The notes beneath the pieces are model-generated. The model saw only the letters and a program-made list of their open reading frames with translations. It was not told where the DNA came from and ran no database searches. The translations under genes were made by a program, and so were the position numbers. Source: Escherichia phage DT571/2. Taken from it: a DNA stretch of 64,000 bases. Location: the sequence record NC_047749.1, one strand, 5' to 3'. Positions 25,117-36,053 of the stretch are shown one piece after another; the first letter of the stretch is position 1; every line of letters starts with the position of its first letter.

Positions 25117-26589
25117 ATGACCTTGTTTAACGTGCAAGCTGTAGTGTTGAAGATGCTTCTAGCTTCAGAACAGAAGCAAATAGCATTGGAAACATTCTCA
25201 AAACTGCATAAAGATCATTTTAATGACGCTTTCTCCTCAATTTACCAAGCCGTCCAGAATTATTATAAAAAGTATAACACAATGCCGTCCATTGACGCAC
25301 TGATGCTTGAGGCTAATAGGAACGCCCGCCTTTCTCAAGCTCTAGTCGTTTTAGCTAACACTCAAATTCCAGAAGTTAGCATGGAACAGGCACTTGAAGT
25401 CCTAGAGGCCGAGTATACACAGGATTTATTCCTGAAGCTTCTAGAAACAGACGTGCTTCAAGATTTAACAATGCTGGATCAGGGAGAAATTCTTAACCGA
25501 GTTGCCTCCCTTCACTTAAAATTAGAAGAGAAAGTAACGAATACTGGAAAAGTATTCAACGCAGATAACATGCGTATTTTCCAGAGAGAAGAAGATACCA
25601 AACTGAACTTAATCGCTCTTGGTATTTGTAATGAGTTCGACGCTCAAATTGGTTTAGCTCGCACAGAAACGTTACTGCTTGGTGGTTGGCGTGGTACTGG
25701 TAAATCCATTATCTGTTCAAACATACAGGTTCAGCAATATTTGAATGGAGATATTGCTCCATACTTCTCAATTGAGATGAAAGAACATGAAGTATTTAGA
25801 CGTAATCTAGCTATGTTAGCTGGTGTATCAGCACTAGCAATGCGTAATAATACTCTAGAAGGTGCAGCTCTGTTGAGATTAGCCAGAACTAGAGCTAGGA
25901 TGTTTAACGGTGGTGAAGAGCTTTTCGATAACTTCGTTAAACAGTATACAATGGCTAAGATGTGTGATTTCTACGATATGGAAAGTAAGCTAATAGAAGG
26001 GTATGAGCTACATACTCCTATGATTATTGTTTATGATCCTGAGCTGTCTATTACAACAGTTGACGTAGAATTAAATAAATTAGTTGCTAGATACGGGGAT
26101 AAAGTTACAGTAGCTTTACTAGACTATATTAACCAAACCCGACTTCCAGACTCTAAAACCATTGATATGTATGACTGGAAAGAACAGATGGTTGTTAGCT
26201 CGTCTTTCAAATCTATCTGCCAGAAACATAACGTGGCTGGTGTAGCTCCTTACCAGATCGATCAAGATGGTAGAACACGTATGTCGAAGGGGATTCTTGA
26301 TTCCGCAGACATGGCTGCTAATCTTAATGCTGCAAAAGCTGATAATGGTCAAGGTGCTATTATGTTTGACTTCGTTAAGACTCGGTCTTCTGATAGCGTG
26401 AAGTTTATGCCTAAAATGAACTGGGAAACCCTGCGGATGGATAACACTACCAACCTAGCAATGGAAGATATATCTCAAATGGAAGCTGAGTTCGTTATCC
26501 CTATTGAGAAGGATAAGCCGGCTCAATCCAAACGTGCTAAGAAAGACAAAGCTGAAAATTCAACAGGTGAACAGGCCAGCGATATATGA
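25117..26589 (+). CDS. DnaB-like replicative helicase (RecA-fold ATPase)
   Basis: Walker A LLLGGWRGTGKS; track start 25066 lies inside terminator hairpin so internal ATG 25117 (or TTG 25123) preferred. Confidence 0.8.
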   Translation: MTLFNVQAVVLKMLLASEQKQIALETFSKLHKDHFNDAFSSIYQAVQNYYKKYNTMPSIDALMLEANRNARLSQALVVLANTQIPEVSMEQALEVLEAEYTQDLFLKLLETDVLQDLTMLDQGEILNRVASLHLKLEEKVTNTGKVFNADNMRIFQREEDTKLNLIALGICNEFDAQIGLARTETLLLGGWRGTGKSIICSNIQVQQYLNGDIAPYFSIEMKEHEVFRRNLAMLAGVSALAMRNNTLEGAALLRLARTRARMFNGGEELFDNFVKQYTMAKMCDFYDMESKLIEGYELHTPMIIVYDPELSITTVDVELNKLVARYGDKVTVALLDYINQTRLPDSKTIDMYDWKEQMVVSSSFKSICQKHNVAGVAPYQIDQDGRTRMSKGILDSADMAANLNAAKADNGQGAIMFDFVKTRSSDSVKFMPKMNWETLRMDNTTNLAMEDISQMEAEFVIPIEKDKPAQSKRAKKDKAENSTGEQASDI

Positions 26590-27476
26590 GTAGAATAACA
26601 GAACTACTTGATCTGAAAGGCATTGAGTATAAAGACACAGGTGGGGACATCCTCATCTGTTGTCTCAACCCAGATCATGATGATAAACACCCAAGTTTGC
26701 GTATTGACCCTGAAACAGGTATTATGCACTGCTTGAGTTGTGGCTTCGGTAAAGGTATACCGAGCATTTACCATTATTTTAATGAGACTCAGTACCGACA
26801 GTCCCCAAGACTATCCCAAGTACGTAAAAAGATTTCAGAGATTAGAAATGGATCTACAAATCTTGCAATCCCAGAATCTGCTTTTCTTTTTGAAGGTGAT
26901 TTCCGGGGTATCAGTTCTAAGACCTTAAAGAAATATTTTGCTTTCCAACACCAAGAGGACTGGGAGGGCAGAATTGTATTCCCAATCACAGATGCTGTTG
27001 GACGCAATATCCTATTTTTGGGTCGTTCTATAAACAGTTCTGCCCCTCCTAAATACTTAGTAAAACCAAAACAAGTTTCACCACCAATTTTCCCTGTACG
27101 ATATAATACTCCAGTTCTTATTCTAGTTGAAGGCATCTTTGATATGCTGAAGCTAGAGGATAATGGTATAGACTATGCTTCCTGCTGCTTTGGTACACAT
27201 CAGTTTACTTCTGATAACATTGCAGATAAGTTCAGTCCTTATATTATTGCCGGCGTAAAAGTTGTTGTTATCTTACTAGATAATGATGCTTCTGGTAATA
27301 AAGCTGCACAAGCACTGGCCAAGCTAATTCGTACAAAAACGCGTTTAACACCTGTAGTTGCTAACTTTCTTCTGCCTGAAGGTAAAGACCCTGGTGATTT
27401 AAATAAAGAAGAAGTCGATACGTTAGCAAAACGTATTGAAATTTTAGTTGCTGAATCACTTAAAGATTTGGTATAA
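26586..27476 (+). CDS. DnaG-type DNA primase (zinc ribbon + TOPRIM)
   Basis: CCLNPDHDDKHPSLRID...CLSCGFGKG zinc ribbon; TOPRIM acidic motifs LVEGIFDM and LLDNDASG. Confidence 0.85.
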   Translation: MSRITELLDLKGIEYKDTGGDILICCLNPDHDDKHPSLRIDPETGIMHCLSCGFGKGIPSIYHYFNETQYRQSPRLSQVRKKISEIRNGSTNLAIPESAFLFEGDFRGISSKTLKKYFAFQHQEDWEGRIVFPITDAVGRNILFLGRSINSSAPPKYLVKPKQVSPPIFPVRYNTPVLILVEGIFDMLKLEDNGIDYASCCFGTHQFTSDNIADKFSPYIIAGVKVVVILLDNDASGNKAAQALAKLIRTKTRLTPVVANFLLPEGKDPGDLNKEEVDTLAKRIEILVAESLKDLV

Positions 27477-27538
27477 TATATTGGTAAGTTAGAGAAGAAA
27501 CACTGAAGTTATACTTACTTACCAAGAGGAGATTAAAT

Positions 27539-30106
27539 TTGAAAATCGCAGTAGTTGATAAAGCTCTAAACAACACTCGTTACGATAAACATTTCCAGCT
27601 ATACGGCGAGGAAGTTGATGTATTCCATATGTGTAACGAGAAGTTGTCCGGTCGTTTGCTCAAAAAGCATATTACTATCGGGACCCCGGAAAACCCATTT
27701 GACCCGAATGATTATGATTTTGTTATACTGGTAGGTGCCGAACCTTTCCTGTACTTTGCGGGTAAGAAAGGTATTGGTGATTATACTGGTAAACGTGTAG
27801 AGTATAATGGATATGCTAACTGGATTGCTAGTATCAGCCCAGCCCAGCTACACTTTAAACCTGAAATGAAACCAGTTTTTGATGCAACAGTAGAGAATAT
27901 CCACGATATTATCAATGGTCGTGAGAAGATTGCAAAAGCTGGTGATTACCGTCCTATTACTGACCCCGACAAGGCAGAAGAATATATCAAGATGGTGTAT
28001 AATATGGTTATCGGACCTGTCGCATTCGACTCCGAAACCTCAGCACTATACTGTCGAGATGGTTATCTGCTTGGTGTTTCTATGTCTCACCAAGAGTATC
28101 AGGGTGTATATATCGATTCTGATTGTCTTACAGAAGTTGCAGTATATTATCTCCAGAAAATTCTGGATAGTGAAAACCATACTATTGTTTTTCACAACTT
28201 GAAGTTTGATATGCACTTTTATAAGTACCATCTGGGACTTACTTTTGATAAAGCACATAAAGAACACAGGCTCCATGATACCATGTTGCAGCATTATGTT
28301 CTAGATGAACGTCGTGGTACTCATGGCTTGAAATCTCTAGCAATGAAGTATACCGATATGGGTGACTATGACTTCGAACTAGATAAGTTCAAAGATGATT
28401 ACTGCAAAGCACATAAAATCAAGAAAGAAGATTTCACCTATGATTTGATTCCATTTGATATTATGTGGCCTTACGCTGCAAAAGATACAGATGCTACCCT
28501 ACGTTTACACAACTTCTTTTTACCAAAAATTGAGAAGAATGAAAAACTTTGCAGTCTGTATTACGATGTTCTAATGCCTGGTTGTGTATTCCTACAGCGT
28601 GTCGAAGATCGTGGCGTACCTATCTCTATTGATCGTTTGAAAGAAGCTCAGTATCAATTGACTCATAATTTGAATAAAGCCCGTGAGAAACTGTACACTT
28701 ATCCAGAAGTTAAACAGCTAGAACAAGATCAGAATGTAGCATTTAACCCGAACTCTGTTAAACAACTTCGTGTTCTTCTATTCGATTATGTTGGTTTGAC
28801 TCCAACTGGTAAGTTAACGGATACTGGTGCAGATTCTACAAACGCAGAAGCTCTGAATGAACTGGCAACCCAGCATCCGATTGCTAAAACTCTTCTAGAG
28901 ATTCGTAAGCTGACTAAGCTGATCTCTACTTACGTTGAGAAGATTCTACTGAGTATTGATGCAGATGGTTGCATTCGTACTGGTTTCCATGAACATATGA
29001 CTACTTCTGGTCGTCTGAGTTCTTCTGGTAAACTGAACCTGCAACAGCTACCTCGTGATGAATCTATCATTAAGGGTTGTGTAGTTGCACCACCTGGATA
29101 CCGTGTAATCGCATGGGACTTAACAACTGCGGAAGTTTATTATGCTGCTGTTCTATCTGGTGATAGAAATATGCAACAAGTATTTATTAACATGAGAAAT
29201 GAACCTGATAAATACCCTGACTTCCACTCTAACATCGCCCACATGGTATTTAAATTGCAATGTGAACCTCGTGATGTTAAAAAGTTATTCCCAGCTCTGC
29301 GTCAAGCAGCTAAGGCAATTACCTTTGGTATTTTGTACGGTTCTGGCCCGGCTAAAGTAGCACATTCTGTTAACGAAGCATTGCTAGAACAAGCAGCCAA
29401 AACTGGGGAACCATTTGTTGAATGTACTGTTGCAGATGCTAAAGAGTACATTGAGACTTACTTTGGTCAATTCCCACAGCTTAAGCGTTGGATTGATAAG
29501 TGCCACGATCAGATCAAGAATCATGGATTTATCTATAGTCACTTTGGTCGTAAACGTCGTCTGCATAATATCCACTCCGAAGACCGTGGTGTTCAGGGTG
29601 AAGAAATCCGTTCTGGATTTAACGCAATCATTCAGTCTGCTTCTTCTGATAGTCTCCTTTTAGGTGCTGTAGATGCAGATAATGAGATCATTTCTCTTGG
29701 CCTAGAACAAGAGATGAAGATTGTTATGCTGGTTCATGACTCCGTAGTTGCTATTGTTCGTGAAGACTTGATTGATCAATACAATGAGATCCTGATTCGT
29801 AATATTCAGAAAGACCGTGGTATCAGTATTCCTGGCTGTCCAATTGGTATTGATTCAGATTCTGAAGCTGGAGGTTCTCGTGACTATTCTTGTGGTAAGA
29901 TGAAGAAACAGCACCCATCAATCGCTTGTATTGATGATGACGAATATACTCGTTACGTTAAAGAAATGCTTCTTGATTCTGAATTCGAGTATAAGAAATT
30001 AGCTGCAATGGATAAAGAGCATCCAGACCACAGCAAGTACAAGGATGATAAGTTTATTGCTGTATGTAAAGATCTGGATAACGTGAAAAGGGTTCTCGGT
30101 GCTTAA
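27539..30106 (+). CDS. Family A DNA polymerase (T5-type, with 3'-5' exonuclease domain)
   Basis: 855 aa as in T5 polymerase; exonuclease and polymerase motifs; TTG start with AAGAGGAGA RBS. Confidence 0.93.
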   Translation: MKIAVVDKALNNTRYDKHFQLYGEEVDVFHMCNEKLSGRLLKKHITIGTPENPFDPNDYDFVILVGAEPFLYFAGKKGIGDYTGKRVEYNGYANWIASISPAQLHFKPEMKPVFDATVENIHDIINGREKIAKAGDYRPITDPDKAEEYIKMVYNMVIGPVAFDSETSALYCRDGYLLGVSMSHQEYQGVYIDSDCLTEVAVYYLQKILDSENHTIVFHNLKFDMHFYKYHLGLTFDKAHKEHRLHDTMLQHYVLDERRGTHGLKSLAMKYTDMGDYDFELDKFKDDYCKAHKIKKEDFTYDLIPFDIMWPYAAKDTDATLRLHNFFLPKIEKNEKLCSLYYDVLMPGCVFLQRVEDRGVPISIDRLKEAQYQLTHNLNKAREKLYTYPEVKQLEQDQNVAFNPNSVKQLRVLLFDYVGLTPTGKLTDTGADSTNAEALNELATQHPIAKTLLEIRKLTKLISTYVEKILLSIDADGCIRTGFHEHMTTSGRLSSSGKLNLQQLPRDESIIKGCVVAPPGYRVIAWDLTTAEVYYAAVLSGDRNMQQVFINMRNEPDKYPDFHSNIAHMVFKLQCEPRDVKKLFPALRQAAKAITFGILYGSGPAKVAHSVNEALLEQAAKTGEPFVECTVADAKEYIETYFGQFPQLKRWIDKCHDQIKNHGFIYSHFGRKRRLHNIHSEDRGVQGEEIRSGFNAIIQSASSDSLLLGAVDADNEIISLGLEQEMKIVMLVHDSVVAIVREDLIDQYNEILIRNIQKDRGISIPGCPIGIDSDSEAGGSRDYSCGKMKKQHPSIACIDDDEYTRYVKEMLLDSEFEYKKLAAMDKEHPDHSKYKDDKFIAVCKDLDNVKRVLGA

Positions 30107-30596
30107 TTTCAAATTGCCCGTCTATGCGTTACGGGCGTTTGTATCAATTGAGCAAGAAGGTGATTATTCCGTAATTACAACAAGATATAATAAATATGTG
30201 CTAGATAACAGGAAGTTGCCTGGCACGTTTTCTCAACGTAGGCTTATTCTATTTGAGAAACGGAAAGAATTACCATATAAGCTCTATCCTATTAGAGGTA
30301 GAATATCAATGTTGTCTCAATTAGTTGGGTCAAAGCGTAACCAATTTGTAGATTCTGATGGAAATCTTATTAATTGGAAGAAAACTACGTTCTATGATGT
30401 TGTCACCTCTAAAGTTTTGCATTCAGCTAGAATTTACAATGGAAAATACCAATGCTATGTGGCTAAAGTCCCTTATCCATTTGTATTATCCTATGTTCCA
30501 GCTTATATAAGCTATATTCTGGTAAATAATAGCCCTGTTATTTATCAAGTCCATCAAGAGGAGCCTGAAATTCCTAGACTTAGAATAAAATTATGA
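30099..30596 (+). CDS. Hypothetical protein (165 aa)
   Basis: GTG start overlapping polymerase stop. Confidence 0.5.
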   Translation: MLNFKLPVYALRAFVSIEQEGDYSVITTRYNKYVLDNRKLPGTFSQRRLILFEKRKELPYKLYPIRGRISMLSQLVGSKRNQFVDSDGNLINWKKTTFYDVVTSKVLHSARIYNGKYQCYVAKVPYPFVLSYVPAYISYILVNNSPVIYQVHQEEPEIPRLRIKL

Positions 30597-31945
30597 AGGT
30601 TGTTATATCTAATAAAGCCTATTTCAAGCCCGATGATGAACTTTGGGATTATTGTAGTAAGCAAACCACTTACCACATAGAGACAATGACTAGTAAATAC
30701 CCTATTATGTATAAGAATAGTGGTGTTGTTGCCAAAGAGATTAAGTGGATTCCTATTACACGTCTGGATTTACTAGATGCTAAAGGAATAAAATACGAAT
30801 TAGTTGATAAACGCACGTTAGCTCCGGTAGATATACCAAAACCGTCGTTTAAACTGCGTGAAGAAGATCAGCTTCCAATATATGAAGAATGCGATGATAC
30901 CTGCATTATTAATGGTAAGCCTGGGTTTGGTAAAACTATCCTAGCCCTTGCACTTGCGTATAAATTTGGCCAGAAAACTTTGGTAATCTGTACGAATACA
31001 TCCATTCGTGAAATGTGGGCAGCAGAAGTTCGTAAATGGTTTGGGTTTGAACCGGGCATCATAGGTTCTGGGAAATACAATATCGATCCACCAATTGTAG
31101 TCAGTAATATTCAAACAGTGAATAAACATGCGAATAATCTTTCTAAAGTATTCGGTACTGTTATAGTTGATGAAGTTCACCATTGTGTGGCTACAACTTT
31201 CACTAACTTCCTAGAAATATCATGTGCTCGCTATAAAATTGGACTATCTGGTACGTTAAAACGTAAGGATGGCTTGCAAGTTATGTTCAAAGATTTCTTT
31301 GGATATAAAATATTTAGCCCGCCGGTTAATAATACTGTTGCACCTACAATCCATAGGTACTCCGTACCAGTTGAATTGTCTGGAAACCAAAACGTACCGT
31401 GGGCATTACGTGCTAACGATGTGTATAACCACCCTGAATATCGAGGAGCTATTATAAACCTAGCACATTTATATGTGAATATGGGACATAAAGTACTCAT
31501 TGTAAGTGATAGAACAGAGTTAATCCAAACAGTACTAGAAGCTCTTACGCAGCGGGGTGTCACAACATATGAAATTATAGGGGCAACCCACTTAGATGAC
31601 CGATTAAAAATTCAGGAAGATATAGCAAAAGGTGGGCCTTGTGTACTTGCAGCAGCTCAAAGTATCTTCTCTGAGGGTATTTCCCTTAATGAGCTATCTT
31701 GTTTAATAATGGGAAGCCTCATTAATAATGAATCTCTCATTGAACAGCTTGCAGGCCGTGTTCAACGTATTGTCGATGGTAAACTCGACCCTATTGTTGT
31801 AGATCTAATTATGAAGGGGGGCACTGGACTAAGACAGGCTTCTGGACGTATGGCAGTATATCGTAACAACGGGTGGAAAACTATTACTATGACTCCAGAG
31901 AAAGCAGTTCAATTAGCTAAAATTGCATTTGGCAACAGCTCATAA
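30593..31945 (+). CDS. SF2 DNA helicase (DEAH-box type)
   Basis: Walker A GKPGFGKT, DEVHH, motif VI QRxGR-like LAGRVQR. Confidence 0.85.
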   Translation: MKVVISNKAYFKPDDELWDYCSKQTTYHIETMTSKYPIMYKNSGVVAKEIKWIPITRLDLLDAKGIKYELVDKRTLAPVDIPKPSFKLREEDQLPIYEECDDTCIINGKPGFGKTILALALAYKFGQKTLVICTNTSIREMWAAEVRKWFGFEPGIIGSGKYNIDPPIVVSNIQTVNKHANNLSKVFGTVIVDEVHHCVATTFTNFLEISCARYKIGLSGTLKRKDGLQVMFKDFFGYKIFSPPVNNTVAPTIHRYSVPVELSGNQNVPWALRANDVYNHPEYRGAIINLAHLYVNMGHKVLIVSDRTELIQTVLEALTQRGVTTYEIIGATHLDDRLKIQEDIAKGGPCVLAAAQSIFSEGISLNELSCLIMGSLINNESLIEQLAGRVQRIVDGKLDPIVVDLIMKGGTGLRQASGRMAVYRNNGWKTITMTPEKAVQLAKIAFGNSS

Positions 31946-31958
31946 ATGATGTATAATA
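31929..31958 (+). promoter_or_regulatory. Candidate promoter TTGGCA-18-TATAAT overlapping helicase stop
   Basis: Hexamers/spacing; conserved downstream CATAAATTTGAGAGAG. Confidence 0.5.
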
Positions 31959-32028
31959 TATACATAAATTTGAGAGAGAAAGTTTCGGATTGATAAGAAA
32001 GTCCGAAGCAGAAAAATAAAAATTTTAG

Positions 32029-32058
32029 TTGCTAAATTCTCTCGAAATCTAGTATAAT
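32029..32058 (+). promoter_or_regulatory. Sigma70-type promoter TTGCTA-18-TATAAT
   Basis: Hexamers/spacing; conserved downstream CATAAATTCGAGGAG. Confidence 0.6.
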
Positions 32059-32166
32059 ATATACATAAATTCGAGGAGAAAACAAAAAATTAAATTCTTC
32101 GATTATGAAAAGCTATACTTACTAGCTAGAGGAAATTCCGACCTAATTATTAAGCTATTCAAAAGA

Positions 32167-32451
32167 ATGCTTACAGAGCCTGATGCTCACCAATTATTGG
32201 TCGGTTCCTCGTTCATTTTGAACGAATCAACGATAGTTGATAATCCAAATAAATTGTCTAATAGACAACTGGCAGAATATCTAGGAATTTTAAGTCTACG
32301 AAATTATGCCGAATACAAGTTTACAAACGATCCTAGTTTGGACATACAATATGTCCCAGTATGGATACCACGTTTAGTAATCGACACTAACCCACTAATC
32401 GCAATTAACAAATCGAAATTAATCTTTAAAGAGGAAATAAAATATGGCTAA
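32167..32451 (+). CDS. Hypothetical protein (94 aa), weak call
   Basis: No clear RBS; overlaps start of next gene. Confidence 0.3.
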   Translation: MLTEPDAHQLLVGSSFILNESTIVDNPNKLSNRQLAEYLGILSLRNYAEYKFTNDPSLDIQYVPVWIPRLVIDTNPLIAINKSKLIFKEEIKYG

Positions 32452-33217
32452 GTCTTGGGGCGAAACTACTGGCGGTTCTAACGATAAAATCGAATTCCTG
32501 AAGTTCAACAACGGTATCACTCGTGTTCGTATCGTTTCTGGTGTTCTTCCACGTTATGTCTATTGGCTGACTAATAAAGAGGGTAGCGTAGCTCCTTTCG
32601 AATGTCTCCGTTTTAATCGTGACAAAGAGAGCTTTGTTCGTGGTAAAGCTGATCCGGTTCATGAGATGGGCTTCTTTGAGAAAGAGCTGGATAAAGATGG
32701 TAACCGCGTTCCGCTGAAACCGAAGAAAAACTATATCGCTTTTGTTATCGACCGTTCTGATAACAAACTGAAAGTAATGGAAGTCAAAGCTACTATTCTG
32801 AAAGGCATCCAGTCTATCATGAAGCAGTTGAGTCTGGCAACCCCGTTTGATATTGATATTTCTATCGAGAAAAAAGGCAAAGGTTTCGATACTGAGTATG
32901 ATGTACAGCAGATTGCTGCTATGCAGTTCCAGATTAAGCTGCAAGATCCTAACAGTGCAGAATCTAAGCAATATGCTGCGGATGTAGATCTGATTGGTGA
33001 AGCTATGTGTGATGAAGATGGCGACATCATTAAGTTCGAAAAAGTTCCTTCCCTGGAACAAACCTATCCGGTTCCTACCTATGAAGAGCAGAAAGAAGCA
33101 ATTCAAGCCTTCATGGAAGGTCGTGAGAATAAAGATGATGATGCCAAATCTGGTAACAGCAATGCTGGTTCCCAGAAAGGTATTGACCAAGAAGCTGCAA
33201 GCGATCTGGACGACTAA
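32444..33217 (+). CDS. Highly expressed protein with acidic C-terminal tail; candidate ssDNA-binding protein
   Basis: AAAGAGGAAAT RBS, strongly biased codon usage, C-terminal ...DQEAASDLDD tail; strong terminator follows. Confidence 0.7.
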   Translation: MAKSWGETTGGSNDKIEFLKFNNGITRVRIVSGVLPRYVYWLTNKEGSVAPFECLRFNRDKESFVRGKADPVHEMGFFEKELDKDGNRVPLKPKKNYIAFVIDRSDNKLKVMEVKATILKGIQSIMKQLSLATPFDIDISIEKKGKGFDTEYDVQQIAAMQFQIKLQDPNSAESKQYAADVDLIGEAMCDEDGDIIKFEKVPSLEQTYPVPTYEEQKEAIQAFMEGRENKDDDAKSGNSNAGSQKGIDQEAASDLDD

Positions 33218-33223
33218 TAAATA

Positions 33224-33248
33224 GAGGGGCTTCGGCCCCTTTCTTTTT
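33224..33248 (+). terminator. Intrinsic terminator
   Basis: AGGGGC-TTCG-GCCCCT followed by TTCTTTTT. Confidence 0.8.
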
Positions 33249-33253
33249 AACTT

Positions 33254-34231
33254 ATGAGAATATTATTTAGTGCTGATCATCATATCAAACTAGGGCAAGA
33301 TAAAATCCCCAAAGAATGGCAGAAGCGTCGCTTCCTGATGCTAGGAGAACGGTTAAATGATATATTCCATAATCATAACTGTGATTTGCATATTATTGGT
33401 GGTGATTTATTTGATCATTCCGACCCGTCGTCAGAAGAAATAGAACTGCTTGAACAGTTTATGTCAAGACTTGACCATCCCGGCAAAATCTTTACTGGAA
33501 ATCATGAAATGTTAACTAAAACCATTTCGTGTCTATATCATTATGCGGGAGTTATTAATAAAGTAACTAGTGGGAAGTGGGAAGTAATTACCAAACCATA
33601 TCGTTCCCATGAATTTGATATTGTTCCGTATGATGAGATTCATAAACCAAAGTGGAAACCTGCTGAATCAAAACTATGTTTCACGCATGTTCGTGGTGAA
33701 ATCCCTCCACATGTAAAACCAGAAATTGATCTAACTAAGTACAACTGTTATGATACTGTAATTGCTGGCGATTTACACTCTTATACTAATAGCCAGACTA
33801 TCGGGTCTACTAGACTCCTCTACCCAGGGTCTCCATTAACTACATCGTTCCATAGAGAACGCACAAAAGGTACAAACGGTTGCTTTATCATTGATACCGA
33901 CACATTAAAAGTAGAATGGATTGAACTAGGTGATTTACCACAACTGATTCGTAAAACAATCGGAGCTGGTGAAGAGATGGAACCTAGTGATTACGATCGT
34001 GTAGTCTACGAAGTTACTGGTGACGTTGTTCAATTAAAGTCTATCAAAGACTCTGATTTATTAGATAAGAAGATTAACCATCGAGTTACTAAAGACGCTA
34101 AGTTAAATCTTGTTGATCTTGATATGTTAGGTGAACTTGAACTTTACTTCCGTGAAGTCGAGAAGCTACCTCAAGGCGACATTGATAGAATCTTGGCTAG
34201 AGCTGCGAAATATGTCAAAGATTACAATTAA
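33254..34231 (+). CDS. sbcD: SbcD/Mre11-like nuclease subunit
   Basis: Phosphoesterase motifs DHH, GDLFD, GNHE. Confidence 0.88.
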   Translation: MRILFSADHHIKLGQDKIPKEWQKRRFLMLGERLNDIFHNHNCDLHIIGGDLFDHSDPSSEEIELLEQFMSRLDHPGKIFTGNHEMLTKTISCLYHYAGVINKVTSGKWEVITKPYRSHEFDIVPYDEIHKPKWKPAESKLCFTHVRGEIPPHVKPEIDLTKYNCYDTVIAGDLHSYTNSQTIGSTRLLYPGSPLTTSFHRERTKGTNGCFIIDTDTLKVEWIELGDLPQLIRKTIGAGEEMEPSDYDRVVYEVTGDVVQLKSIKDSDLLDKKINHRVTKDAKLNLVDLDMLGELELYFREVEKLPQGDIDRILARAAKYVKDYN

Positions 34232-36050
34232 GACACTAAAATTTAGTAACGTTATGTCTTACGGTAAAGACATCGTAATTCATTTCGATAAGAATCCAGT
34301 TACTCAACTAATTGGCGGCAATGGACTAGGGAAATCCACCATCGCTACGGTTATAGAAGAGCTATTCTATAATAAAAATTCTCGAGGTATCAAGAAGGAT
34401 GCATTGTTCTCTTGGAATGCCCCTAAGAAAGAATACGATATGCACGCTTATTTCTCGAAAGATGATGATGAGTATGAGCTGCATAAAGTAGTTAAGTCAA
34501 CTGCTAAAGTAACGTTGATTAAGAATGGGGAAGATATTAGTGGGCATACGGCAACCCAAACATACAAGATGATCGAAGAGATTATGGGTGGTGACTTTCA
34601 AACATTCACCAAACTGATTTATCAATCAGTGGGTTCCAACCTAGACTTTCTAAAAGCAACGGATGCAACACGTAAGGCTTTTCTTGTTAATTTGTTCAAT
34701 CAAGAGCAATACAAAGAAATGTCGGAAACTATTAAGGCTGACCGTAAAGAAATAGCAAATACCTTAAATAATTTGCAGGGCCAAATGGCTGTAATTACGA
34801 AAATCCTTAATGGAAAAAATAATCTAGGAACTTTGCAGGAACCCGTAGAAGTGCCGGAGTTTGATGAAGAGCCATTAGCACAAGAACTTACTGAATCGAA
34901 AATTAAGGCGGCATTAGCCAAGTCACAAGAGGCTAATATTACTAAGTTGCGTAATTTGGACAAAGCTGTACAAGTTGCCGAACAATCTTTCGAACCTTTC
35001 AAAAATTTGCCCGCGCCCACCGACCAAAATGAAGAGATCTCGAGTGTTACGCGTGACCTAACGATTGTGACCTCACGTGCGAGCGAAGTTAAGAAACGTT
35101 ATCAGAAGTTCAAGCAAGAGGCTTCAAATACTGAATGCCCTACTTGCGGTACTCATCTGGATACAACTGCTGCTCAAAAAGCAATGGATATGGCTAGAAC
35201 AGAATATGATCCTCTGTTCAAAGAGAAGCAATCTCTTGAAGCTAAGCTAGAACAGTTGAAGAAAGAACAACTTGAGTACGTTGCGTATACTAGAGCAAAG
35301 GATGCTTTGGATAAAGCAGTGGTAGCTAGAGACGAGTTCAAAAATTCAATGAGTGATGCTTCTTTTGAAGAACTCAATGTGCAAATCCTACAGGTGCAAA
35401 TCCGACAATTAGAACAGGAAATCGCTGATGGCCGCTCTAAGGTTGCAATTGCCAAAGAGCATAATGCAAATGTCGAATTAGCCAATGCAAAATATAAAGC
35501 AAAGCTAGAACAGATTGAGAAAGCTGAAGCAGAAATGTCTGAGATTACTTCCAAACTTGATGGAGTAGCCGAAGCTGTAGCTGATCTCGATATTCTAATT
35601 GCTGCATTGAAAAATCTGGTGGGATATAAACTAGAACATAGTGTGAAAGTATTTGAAGAACTAATTAATAAATACCTTTCCATTATGACTGGCGGTAAAT
35701 TCGCACTTGGATTTGAACTTGATGAAACAAAATTACAAGTAGTAATCTTCAATGATGGAAACCGTACCAGTATGGAGAACTGCTCTACTGGTCAGCAAAG
35801 TCGAATTAATCTAGCAACCCTGCTAGCTATTCGGATGCTGTTAACCTCTATTAGTAAAGTTAATATTAATCTTCTATTCCTTGATGAAGTAATTAGCTTT
35901 ATTGATACGAAAGGACTTGATACTCTCGTTGAACTATTAAATGAGGAAGAAAGTCTAAATTCTATCATTGTTTCTCACGGGCATACGCATCCATTGGCTC
36001 ATAAGATTACTGTCAAGAAAGATGCAGAAGGATTTTCCTACTTAGAATAA
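34212..36050 (+). CDS. sbcC: SbcC/Rad50-like ATPase subunit
   Basis: Walker A GGNGLGKST, long coiled-coil, C-terminal signature/D-loop region; start at internal ATG MSKITIK overlapping sbcD by ~20 nt. Confidence 0.85.
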   Translation: MSKITIKTLKFSNVMSYGKDIVIHFDKNPVTQLIGGNGLGKSTIATVIEELFYNKNSRGIKKDALFSWNAPKKEYDMHAYFSKDDDEYELHKVVKSTAKVTLIKNGEDISGHTATQTYKMIEEIMGGDFQTFTKLIYQSVGSNLDFLKATDATRKAFLVNLFNQEQYKEMSETIKADRKEIANTLNNLQGQMAVITKILNGKNNLGTLQEPVEVPEFDEEPLAQELTESKIKAALAKSQEANITKLRNLDKAVQVAEQSFEPFKNLPAPTDQNEEISSVTRDLTIVTSRASEVKKRYQKFKQEASNTECPTCGTHLDTTAAQKAMDMARTEYDPLFKEKQSLEAKLEQLKKEQLEYVAYTRAKDALDKAVVARDEFKNSMSDASFEELNVQILQVQIRQLEQEIADGRSKVAIAKEHNANVELANAKYKAKLEQIEKAEAEMSEITSKLDGVAEAVADLDILIAALKNLVGYKLEHSVKVFEELINKYLSIMTGGKFALGFELDETKLQVVIFNDGNRTSMENCSTGQQSRINLATLLAIRMLLTSISKVNINLLFLDEVISFIDTKGLDTLVELLNEEESLNSIIVSHGHTHPLAHKITVKKDAEGFSYLE

Positions 36051-36053
36051 AAC

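Noticed and set aside
32426-33190. 254-aa minus-strand ORF
   Set aside because: Antisense to the strongly supported acidic-tail protein gene; no RBS.
35174-35752. 192-aa minus-strand ORF inside sbcC
   Set aside because: Antisense shadow of the SbcC coiled-coil region; Ser/Ala/Cys-rich low-complexity translation.
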